Shown: piece by piece, positions 55,675 through 64,000 of the stretch
How positions within the stretch are numbered: the stretch's first letter is position 1
Layout: every line of letters begins with the position of its first letter
Assembly: GCA_963662655.2 (NCBI GenBank)
Contig: CAXXTU010000001.1
Coordinates: 32,001-96,000, forward strand
Length of the DNA stretch: 64,000 bases
Reading direction: 5' to 3'
DNA from: Candidatus Cloacimonadales bacterium
GTDB lineage: Bacteria; Cloacimonadota; Cloacimonadia; Cloacimonadales; JAIOQZ01
The notes under the pieces: generated by a model
What the model was told of the DNA's origin: nothing
What the model saw: the letters and a program-made list of their open reading frames with translations, nothing else
Database searches by the model: none
Program-made: the position numbers and the translations under genes

Positions 55675-58600
55675 ATGAGAAATTTACGGGGAATTATACC
55701 CGACTACATTCATAAGCTTCTGGGGCATTACAGCGACATCGAAGAAGTCCAACTTCCGTTGATCCACCGCGAAGACATGGCCGCGCTCTTTACGGATATC
55801 AAGGCCTTTACGCGACTCACGGAGCAGGTCAGCCAGGAAGGCCATTATGGCGTTGAGACAATCACTGCAATCCTGAAGAGCTATTTCGAGGTGATGGAGA
55901 ATTGCATCCGCACGCACGGAGGTTCCCTCGTTAAATTCGGGGGAGATTCCCTCCTTTCGGTTTTTCCCGGAGGAGAGTCCGAAGCGATACGCTGCGCGGT
56001 TTGTTGCAGCAATTCCATGCAGCATGAGCTAAAGGAATTGAACATCGATTTCCTGCGTCAGTACGGCGTCCAGATACAAATCCACGGTGGAATATCCTGG
56101 GGTAATGTAGCACTGCGTATCGTTGGGGATTTGCAATATCACCTCGATTACTATTTCTACGGCGAAGCGCTACAGCAGGCTTACGAAGTCGGCGAAACCT
56201 CCGGCGCTGGAGAAATCAAGCTGCATGATTCCCATAAAAAACCCATATCAAACCATCACGAATGCACTCCGTTGACCGTAGCCGATAGTGGATTCTCATC
56301 CCACTTCATCGGAGGGATGGTCAAGTCCCGGATATCGGCGATGGAGTTTTCCGCAGAGCTGCGCAACGCGGCAGTCATGTTCATCGGCATCAGTTCCGAA
56401 TCGACGGAAGAAACGATTTCCTGCGAGGTATATCATTCATTCTACAAGCTTGTTCAACAGCAAGTGTATGCAATGGAAGGGACCATTAATAAAATCGACT
56501 ACAACGACAAAGGCTTCATCCTGATCATCACCTTCGGGGTCCCCAATATTCACTACGACGACACGGAACGAGCCTTCATCTGTGCGTGGAAACTCCAGCA
56601 AATCAGAGACATCAATCTCGATATCCGCATTGGAATCACCTACAGCAATATCTTCGCCGGAACACTCGGCTCGGAAAGGCGATGGGAGTACGGCATCATC
56701 GGGAACGCAGTCAACATCTCAGCTCGCCTGATGTCCACCGCCCGAAATGGAGAAATCGCGTTCTCTTCAGAGATTCTCCCGAAAATCAGCTCGCATTTCG
56801 AATCAAAATTCCTCAACAGAGTTCGGGTCAAAGGTATCAAAGACGAAATTGATATTTACACTCCCGTCAGAGAACTCCCCGAAAGCTGGACCGCCTTCAA
56901 GCAGCAATATGACAGGCAGGATTTCGCTGGAATTCACCGGTTCGACAACGAAATAAATGAATTCACGAACAGCGGTCAAGGCAGCATTGTTTACATCTCC
57001 GGACACGCAGGCACAGGTAAATCATTCCTGACCTACGAACTTCTGAAACGCGGAATTACGGAGGACAGAAACTTTGATTTGTACGTTATGGACGAGTTCA
57101 GTCGCAACACACCCCTTGAATTTATCCGTAAAGCGCTCAACCGAAAGCTTAACATCGAACAACTACCTCAGGATTTGCCCAAGCTGCTTTCCTGGTGTGA
57201 AGCGCACAAGATTTTCGCCAGCGATTCATTACTGGAACGCTACTTTTCGACGACCGCTAGCAAGGATTCTGAGGCAATCCCGGAGGAATCGATTGCCATC
57301 GTCGAGCAAACGCTCGCGTCCATCCTGCTCATGCTGTGGAAGGACGTGGATATCCTGGCGCTGGACAACTACCAGTGGCTCGACAGGCAGTCCCGCAAAA
57401 TCGTCGAGCGAACGATCCCTCTTCTCGAACGAGAAAACTCAGATGTTATAATCACCTCTCGTGAAACAGATTCTCCCGAACGGTTCGAGCATTTGAATCT
57501 TCGCCGCATCACCCTGGAAAATCTTGAGGTCGAAGACGCCACCGCCTTGATTCGCAGTAAAATACCAAACATCACCGGAGATGCAGCCAGGAACCTGGTT
57601 AAAATAACCGACGGCAATCCCATGTTCATCTATGAGATGTGCCGATTGATACAGGCCAACTTCGATTGCCACGACAACATCCTCAACGAAGCCAATATCA
57701 GCATCATGCTGCGTCAGGGGATTATCCCTCAGACGCTGGAAAACCTGTTTGTCCGCCAATATGAGAACCTCGAAGATGCGTCCCGGCAACTTCTGAAAGT
57801 TGCTTCAATCGTTGGACGCGCCTTTTCCATCGACGCACTTTCCGTTATCGGCAAGGCCGAGTTTTCTCAGAGGGTTCTCGAAATCCTGCAAATGCTCAAT
57901 GCCATAGAGATCATCAACGAGAAGAACATCAATCCGGAGATCGAGTATATCTTCAGCAACAACCTGATGCGTGAAGCGATCTACCGCACCATCCTCAAAG
58001 GTGAAAAGCGAGACTTGCATAACCGCATCGCGCATTACTACGAGGAGAGGCACAGGGGAAACCTCCATCCGTGGATCGAGCTCATCGCCAATCACTTCAT
58101 CCTGGCCGATAATCCCGAAAAATCCTGCCACTACGCCCTGCTGGCCGCCAGAAAGAACTTCCGTCTGTTCGCACTCGCCGAAAGCGCGTACTTTTTCCGG
58201 ATTGCGGAGAAGCATTGCTCCGATGCTGCGCAGAAAATCGAAATCGATTTACACATTATCGAAATACTGCTTCTTCAGGGCGATACAAGTGAAGCCAAGC
58301 GTTGCCTGGAAGCAACACAACTGACCGATCTTTCGGGTCCGACCCTCGATTATTATCACTATCTCCTTGCGAGATTGTACGATAAAACATCCCGCTATCA
58401 CGAACAGATTCAGTTTGTCGAGTCGGTTATCGATTCCATGACAGACCGGGAGCGATACCATCAGGTTAAAATCCTCTATCTGAACGCCCTCAGGGGAACC
58501 GGCAAGGGATTTGAAGAGCAGGCATTGAGCTTCCTCGAAGAGGTGAAGAATACCGATAACGACCGGATCATCGCGCAAATGGCATCGATCCTGGGGCAAT

Positions 58601-59472
58601 ACTACCTGGATCAATCCCGCTACGAGAATGCGCGGAAATTCTTCGAGCAACGCTACGAAATCGCACTCAAGCTGAAAGACCAGGTACAGACACGCCTTGC
58701 ACTAACCGGGCTGGGAGCGCTCGCGTTCTATCTCGGGAAAACCGATGAGGCGGAGCGCTATCATCTTCAAGCGCTCGAAACAGCAGAGAAATTGGGCGAT
58801 AAGGATGGCTACGGCAAGGTGCTGATGGATCTAGCCTCCCTGGCGCGCCGACGCGGGAACAACCAGAAAGCGCTCGAAACCTATCGAAAATCTCTCAAGC
58901 TCGCGCGGCTCTCCGCGAATCGCAAACAGGAATGTACGGTGCTGTATAATATCGGCGAAGTGCACTATTTTATGGAGGCGTTCGAGAAAGCTCTCGAATA
59001 CCTCTACCCCGCCCTGGAAATCGCCAGGGAAATTAGCGACCAGGTCATGATAACCTATTGCCAGGACGCCATCGGCGACATGACATTCCAGCTCGGGAAC
59101 ATCGCCGAGGCCAAGAAGATGTACACGAACAACCTGCAATTTCAGGAAAGACTGAACGATCTGGAAGGAATAGCTCATACTTACGGAAATCTAGGTAACG
59201 TCGCCAAGATGGAAAAGAATTATAAACTGGCGATCGAATACTACGGGAAACAGCAAAGTATGCTGGCGGAGATCGGCGACAAGGACGGCGAGGGCCGGGC
59301 ATGGTTCAATTGGGCAATGATCCACGTTGAAAAAAACGAGCAGGATCGGGCAATCGAAAAACTCGAGAAGGCCCATGACCTGTTCGCGGAAATCGGGGCA
59401 AAGCAGCTCGTCGACTTCACGCAGCAACAAATCGATAACTTGAGGACTCCCGCATCCGATGGATCCGAGTGA
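55675..59472 (+). CDS. Tandem class III nucleotide cyclase + STAND/AAA ATPase + TPR protein (soluble adenylate cyclase-like)
   Basis: C1: FTDIKAFT, KFGGD. C2: NKI..NDKG, GNAVNISARL. Walker A GHAGTGKS, Walker B ILALDN, GNPMF, and C-terminal TPRs. Confidence 0.9.
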   Translation: MRNLRGIIPDYIHKLLGHYSDIEEVQLPLIHREDMAALFTDIKAFTRLTEQVSQEGHYGVETITAILKSYFEVMENCIRTHGGSLVKFGGDSLLSVFPGGESEAIRCAVCCSNSMQHELKELNIDFLRQYGVQIQIHGGISWGNVALRIVGDLQYHLDYYFYGEALQQAYEVGETSGAGEIKLHDSHKKPISNHHECTPLTVADSGFSSHFIGGMVKSRISAMEFSAELRNAAVMFIGISSESTEETISCEVYHSFYKLVQQQVYAMEGTINKIDYNDKGFILIITFGVPNIHYDDTERAFICAWKLQQIRDINLDIRIGITYSNIFAGTLGSERRWEYGIIGNAVNISARLMSTARNGEIAFSSEILPKISSHFESKFLNRVRVKGIKDEIDIYTPVRELPESWTAFKQQYDRQDFAGIHRFDNEINEFTNSGQGSIVYISGHAGTGKSFLTYELLKRGITEDRNFDLYVMDEFSRNTPLEFIRKALNRKLNIEQLPQDLPKLLSWCEAHKIFASDSLLERYFSTTASKDSEAIPEESIAIVEQTLASILLMLWKDVDILALDNYQWLDRQSRKIVERTIPLLERENSDVIITSRETDSPERFEHLNLRRITLENLEVEDATALIRSKIPNITGDAARNLVKITDGNPMFIYEMCRLIQANFDCHDNILNEANISIMLRQGIIPQTLENLFVRQYENLEDASRQLLKVASIVGRAFSIDALSVIGKAEFSQRVLEILQMLNAIEIINEKNINPEIEYIFSNNLMREAIYRTILKGEKRDLHNRIAHYYEERHRGNLHPWIELIANHFILADNPEKSCHYALLAARKNFRLFALAESAYFFRIAEKHCSDAAQKIEIDLHIIEILLLQGDTSEAKRCLEATQLTDLSGPTLDYYHYLLARLYDKTSRYHEQIQFVESVIDSMTDRERYHQVKILYLNALRGTGKGFEEQALSFLEEVKNTDNDRIIAQMASILGQYYLDQSRYENARKFFEQRYEIALKLKDQVQTRLALTGLGALAFYLGKTDEAERYHLQALETAEKLGDKDGYGKVLMDLASLARRRGNNQKALETYRKSLKLARLSANRKQECTVLYNIGEVHYFMEAFEKALEYLYPALEIAREISDQVMITYCQDAIGDMTFQLGNIAEAKKMYTNNLQFQERLNDLEGIAHTYGNLGNVAKMEKNYKLAIEYYGKQQSMLAEIGDKDGEGRAWFNWAMIHVEKNEQDRAIEKLEKAHDLFAEIGAKQLVDFTQQQIDNLRTPASDGSE

Positions 59473-60358
59473 TTTCGTAAATACCTATTCGAGATACATG
59501 CGCGAGAAATACAGCAGGCGAATGCAGCGCGTGCCGCTCGCCACCGGAATCGCATGTCCGCATCGCATATCGACGGGCGGATGTGTTTTCTGCCGTCCCG
59601 ATACCTACACGGACGCAGTTTCAACCGAGGACATCGTTACTCAATTCAACACAATCACAACCAGGATGCGCAAAACTTTCCCCGATTGCGGCTGGATTCC
59701 CTATTTCAACGCGGAGACATCCACTTACGGCGAGATTGATCACTTGAAACAACTTTTCCAGAAAGCGTTACATCAACAGGATGTATTCGAGCTTGCACTT
59801 TCCACGCGTCCGGACGCAGTTACGGACGAAATCGCAGCCATGCTCGAAACGCTGGGACTGCCGGTAACCGTGGAAATCGGTATGCAATCCATCCACGAGC
59901 GGAGTCTGAAGTTCCTGAAACGGGGGCACACGTTTCAGGAATGCGTAACCGCGCTGGAGACGTTGCGAAGACATCACATCAGGACTGGCGTTCACATCAT
60001 TATCGGCATCCCGGGAGAATCTACCGAGAGTATACTCGAAACCATCCGCTGGATTTCGGATTGCAGGATCGTCGACGAGGTTAAGTTTCATCAGTTGGTT
60101 GTGTACCGCGATACAGCGCTGGAACAGATTCTGCGTGAAGGCAGGTTTATCCCGTTGACAATGAACGACTACCTCGCCATTTTGACTGTACTGATACCGG
60201 AGCTCGATGAGCGCATCGTGGTAAGCAGATTGTTCACCTCGAATGTGCGCCGAACCGGCGTGGCAACCGCACCGGAGACCGGCTTGAAGCGTACGGCCAT
60301 GAATCGGCTGGCGAAGCTGCTTTCCGACGGAAGCATCCGCCAGGGCATGAACCGGTGA
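59459..60358 (+). CDS. Radical SAM protein, YhcC/TIGR01212-like
   Basis: CPHRISTGGCVFC expanded Cys motif, TSTY, STRPD, EIGMQS, RGH, HIIIGIPGE, KFHQL. Confidence 0.88.
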   Translation: MDPSDFVNTYSRYMREKYSRRMQRVPLATGIACPHRISTGGCVFCRPDTYTDAVSTEDIVTQFNTITTRMRKTFPDCGWIPYFNAETSTYGEIDHLKQLFQKALHQQDVFELALSTRPDAVTDEIAAMLETLGLPVTVEIGMQSIHERSLKFLKRGHTFQECVTALETLRRHHIRTGVHIIIGIPGESTESILETIRWISDCRIVDEVKFHQLVVYRDTALEQILREGRFIPLTMNDYLAILTVLIPELDERIVVSRLFTSNVRRTGVATAPETGLKRTAMNRLAKLLSDGSIRQGMNR

Positions 60359-60578
60359 TCGGTGGAGTGGAGAAAAGGCTGCCCCGAGATGGCGGTGTTT
60401 CTCCTGACGGTGAGGCACATTCGCCCAATCTCCTCCCTTTACGGCTTATAACGACACAACGTTCGTTGTGTAAGAATACGCCTCGGGACAAGATTGAACG
60501 AATCTGCACTCCCCTGAGGGCAATCACACAATTTCCGCACAGAATGGGAATAAGGACAGAGTAACTCGGCAGGAGACG

Positions 60579-63500
60579 ATGGAACAGAATTTCGAGAAGA
60601 CAATCCACGCGTTGAAGCGTAAACAGAATCTGGTATACAGCGCTTACTATGTGATTCTGGCAGCGATGCTCGCGCTGATTTTATTCAGCGTGTATCATGG
60701 CGGATACCAGATAGTGCTGCTGCGCGGTGGGCTGATCAACGAGCTGCGAGCGATGTTCATTCTCGCGCTGGGGGTCCGCATCCTTCTGGCACTTCTTTGG
60801 ATATATCTGGCGATGCAGGCGTGGAGAAGCCTTCTGACTCCCTTCCAGGCGGCGCGCCAGCTCGATGATGATAATGGGGATCCACACGACACTTATCAGA
60901 ATGCGTGGGAGCTGAAGCAGGAGACGCCTGACCACCCGCTTTTGGAAAGGGTTCTTGCGCTCGCAGACGAGAAGGCTACGAGTCAGGCGATATCCCCGAA
61001 GACGGACGCGCTTCGCAAAATCACGTTCCCTGCGATCCTCGTTTTCGCGGTAACGCTGATCACGTTGTTCATCAATCCGAGCGCGCTCGAGAAGAGTTGG
61101 ACAGCATTTCAGATGAAGGAATACCCACAGGTGAGGCATCAGACGCACATCGATGTCCTACCCGGCGACAAAACCATTTTGCGCAACGAAGCGATCGATA
61201 TCGTCGTGGTGAATCCCGAGCCGCAGGTGGAATACTCGCTGCTTTACACGATGGGGGAAGCATGGCGGGAAGTTGCGATGCCAGAAGCCCACAAGCGATT
61301 TACCAACACCGAAAACAGCTTACGGTATTACGTTAAAAACAACTGGGCGGTCTCGGATACGTTTGCGGTGGAGGTCTTTGAGCAGCCGACGGTCACGCGC
61401 ATAGACGTACGGTACGATTTTCCGCGATATACCGGCATGGCAACCGAGACGTACATGAATACCGACGGCAATCTCAAGGCGATCGACGGAACCGTCGCCA
61501 CATTGACGGTGGAGACCAACAACCCTATCGAGGACGCCCGTATCGTGCTGAACGACGGATCAACGAACGAGATGGATCGACTGGGGAAAACCTCGTTCTC
61601 GGTCGAAATCCCTATCGAGGATAACGGCAGCTACTACTTCAAGATGATCGACCTGCTGGGAAGCCAGTCGGAGAAACTCGTTAGAAGCATTACGGCTATC
61701 TCTGACAAGGTTCCTGAAGTGCGCATCGCGTATCCGGGACGTGATACCATCCTCACACAGAATCACCTGCTCCCGCTGAAAATTCTAGGCGCGGACGACT
61801 TCGGGCTGGACGACCTCTCCCTCCACTACGACGTCAACAGCTCCGGCGAGCAGGCGATCGACCTGAACACGAATATCAGGAACCAACTGCTGGATTTCGA
61901 TACGGTTTTCGACCTCACAGCCATGCAGCTATTGCCCGGCGACCGGGTGGTTTACTGGGCAGAGCTCACGGACAACGCGCCCGACCAGAATTCGGGCGTG
62001 AGCAAGCGGTACACGGTCCGCTTCCCGTCCATCGAAGAAATCTACCAGGAGATCGAGAAGCAGGAAGAAGAGAAGCGCGAGACCCTGGAAAACACACGGG
62101 ACGAGGCTAGGGAACTGACCAAGGAGTTCGAGGAAAAACGTCGAGAGCTCATGAAGAAAGAAGAAGCCGATTGGGAAGACCGGAAGTCGCTGGAAGAAAT
62201 GATGAAGCGCCAGGAGAACCTCAACGAGCAGGTCGAAAAAGTGGCGGAAGAATACCAGAAGCTCGCGGAGAAATTCAACGAGAACGATGCGCTCTCGCAG
62301 GAAACCCTTCAGAAGATGGAGCGCATCCAGGAGCTGATGGAGCAAATCAGCAACGACCAGCTGAAACAGGCCATGCAAAAGATGCAGCAAGCGATGGAAA
62401 ATATGAAGATGGAGGACATGCAGAAGGCCATGGAGCAGATGAAATTCTCCATGGAAGAGTTCATGCAGAAGCTCGATCAGACCATCGACCTGCTGGAAGA
62501 TATCAAGAAGGAACAGGCGCTGCAGAAGTCCGCCGAGATCGCCGAAGAAATGCTGAAGATGCAGCAAGACCTGAACCAGCGGACGCAGGAAGGCAAAGAA
62601 TCTCCCGAGCAGCTTGGCAAGGAGCAGGAGAAAATCGGCGAAAAGCTGGATAACCTCGAGAAACAACTGGATAAAACCGGTGAAATGCTCGACCCGAAAA
62701 AGGACGGGGAGCTGCAGAAGATGATGGAGGAACTCCAGAAGATGATGCAGCAGGACAGCCTTTCGAAGGATATACAGGAGAGCTCCGAGAACCTGCAGAA
62801 CAAGCAGATGAAGGACGCGATGAAATCGCAGCAGAGCGCTGCGAACAAGATGCAGAGCATGCTGGACAAGATGAAAATGATGCAGTCGATGATGTCGGGC
62901 GGTATGCAGGCAGAAATCGGAACGATCATTCAGGACAGCATCGCAAGGCTGCTCTTCTTCTCGCAGATGCACGAGCGATCATCCAGACGTTACGTGCGCG
63001 ATCCCTTCGTGATCATCAACGATCAGCTCGCCAACTTCGAAGGCATTCAGCTTACCCTGCAAAAACTCTATTCAGTGCCGATGATAGCGCTGTTCCTGCA
63101 CCCAAAGTTCTTCTCGGACGCATCGGGAACCGTGAAAGATTACCAGACACTATTCACCACAGTCAACGATGCTCCCAACCAGCGAATCACGGCCAACCTT
63201 GAGGATATCCAGGAAGGAATCAACCTGATGATCTACGACCTGATGCAGTCCGCCGCATCGATGTCTCAAGGACAGGGCGGTGGCATGCAAAGCATGATGC
63301 AACAGCTCCAACAGATGAGCGGCGAGCAGATGATGCTCAATTCGCTTACCCAGCAACTTCTCCAGCAGATGCTTTCCGAGGGCAAGATGTCCGGCAACGC
63401 GCGATCCGAACTGGGTCGTCTCGCGGGTGACGAAGAGCGAATTGCCGAAAACATGCGCCGCATGATGCAGAACAACCCCGACGCCATGAAGGGCGGATCG

Positions 63501-63848
63501 GGTCTTGAAAAAGCTGCGCAGGAACTGGAGGAAATCGCGAAAGATATGCGCTACAACCGGCTGGACCAAGAGCTCGTGGATCGCCAGCAACGCATCCTGT
63601 CCCGCATGCTGGACGCACAGAAATCGATTCACGACCGTGACCACTCCAAGAAACGCAAAGCGGAGGCCGGGAAGGAACAGGATTGGGAGCTCCCGGCAGA
63701 CTTGCAGTTGCGCTTCGAGGAGTTCAAGCGCAAGGCCCTCCTTCAGGATGACTACAAGGCCTACCCGAAAGAATATCAGGAAGTGATTCTGGAATATCTC
63801 CGGCAGCTCAACGAACGTTCGCTGGAGAGAAGCGGAGGTTCCGAATGA
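60579..63848 (+). CDS. Large membrane-anchored coiled-coil protein (DUF4175-like)
   Basis: N-terminal TMs, Ig-like beta region (DDFGL, DNAP), M/Q-rich coiled coil, RQQRILSRML, YPKEY..VI.EY tail. Confidence 0.8.
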   Translation: MEQNFEKTIHALKRKQNLVYSAYYVILAAMLALILFSVYHGGYQIVLLRGGLINELRAMFILALGVRILLALLWIYLAMQAWRSLLTPFQAARQLDDDNGDPHDTYQNAWELKQETPDHPLLERVLALADEKATSQAISPKTDALRKITFPAILVFAVTLITLFINPSALEKSWTAFQMKEYPQVRHQTHIDVLPGDKTILRNEAIDIVVVNPEPQVEYSLLYTMGEAWREVAMPEAHKRFTNTENSLRYYVKNNWAVSDTFAVEVFEQPTVTRIDVRYDFPRYTGMATETYMNTDGNLKAIDGTVATLTVETNNPIEDARIVLNDGSTNEMDRLGKTSFSVEIPIEDNGSYYFKMIDLLGSQSEKLVRSITAISDKVPEVRIAYPGRDTILTQNHLLPLKILGADDFGLDDLSLHYDVNSSGEQAIDLNTNIRNQLLDFDTVFDLTAMQLLPGDRVVYWAELTDNAPDQNSGVSKRYTVRFPSIEEIYQEIEKQEEEKRETLENTRDEARELTKEFEEKRRELMKKEEADWEDRKSLEEMMKRQENLNEQVEKVAEEYQKLAEKFNENDALSQETLQKMERIQELMEQISNDQLKQAMQKMQQAMENMKMEDMQKAMEQMKFSMEEFMQKLDQTIDLLEDIKKEQALQKSAEIAEEMLKMQQDLNQRTQEGKESPEQLGKEQEKIGEKLDNLEKQLDKTGEMLDPKKDGELQKMMEELQKMMQQDSLSKDIQESSENLQNKQMKDAMKSQQSAANKMQSMLDKMKMMQSMMSGGMQAEIGTIIQDSIARLLFFSQMHERSSRRYVRDPFVIINDQLANFEGIQLTLQKLYSVPMIALFLHPKFFSDASGTVKDYQTLFTTVNDAPNQRITANLEDIQEGINLMIYDLMQSAASMSQGQGGGMQSMMQQLQQMSGEQMMLNSLTQQLLQQMLSEGKMSGNARSELGRLAGDEERIAENMRRMMQNNPDAMKGGSGLEKAAQELEEIAKDMRYNRLDQELVDRQQRILSRMLDAQKSIHDRDHSKKRKAEAGKEQDWELPADLQLRFEEFKRKALLQDDYKAYPKEYQEVILEYLRQLNERSLERSGGSE

Positions 63849-64000
63849 AGCGATTCATCTTGATTGCGCTGCTGCTCGTAATTACGGCTGGAGCCCTCCA
63901 CGCCCAGTACGATATCACCAAAATCTATATGGAACGCGCTCGCAGCATGGAGATGCGGCGTCAATTCGACGAAGCCAACCAGATCTATCGCGAGCTGCTC
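63845..64000 (+). CDS. Secreted TPR-like protein, 3'-partial
   Basis: ATGA overlap with the previous stop. MKRFILIALLLVITAGALHA-QYDITKIYMERARSMEMRRQFDEANQIYRELL runs off the window. Confidence 0.75.
   Translation, partial: MKRFILIALLLVITAGALHAQYDITKIYMERARSMEMRRQFDEANQIYRELL

Noticed and set aside
62300..63400. ATGCAG-rich quasi-repeats
   Set aside because: They reflect the Met/Gln-rich coiled coil of the DUF4175-like protein, not a DNA repeat.

Overview
This is a bacterial chromosomal window with dense coding, moderate GC and AT-rich intergenic gaps. Gene content (PorZ-like protein with a CTD/FlgD-type tail, TPR-fused sigma54 activator, DUF4175-like protein, PPi-PFK) suggests an anaerobic FCB-group organism such as Cloacimonadota. 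That placement is inference only. Gene order from the left: a 5'-truncated multi-domain glycosyltransferase, then a compact predicted sigma54 circuit (TPR-AAA+-HTH activator, tandem palindromic sites, -24/-12 promoter, 74-aa orphan target). Next come an orphan EcfT, a Cache-like HisKA sensor with no ATPase domain, and tRNA-Lys(CTT). A HDOD-CheY-CheZ-RR-RR-HK-sigma54 RR signalling cluster runs directly into a surface-glycan locus, a PorZ-like gene and aroB. These are followed by the rho-U32-SPOR-mutS operon, patatin, a lemA-TPM operon, feoB with a Fur-like box, an ABC permease with an M13 peptidase, TMEM175, YgeY-like hydrolase, PPi-PFK, a Ca/Na antiporter, a pentapeptide protein, an sAC-like cyclase-STAND-TPR protein, a radical SAM protein and a DUF4175-like protein. 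No cas genes, transposases or phage genes were recognised. The most notable signals are the predicted TPR-sigma54 circuit at 3482-6163 and a dispersed family of GNA-triloop hairpin elements with compensatory changes (3301-3423, 29204-29276, possibly related architecture at 55411-55567). All family assignments come from motif recognition by eye, not database searches.
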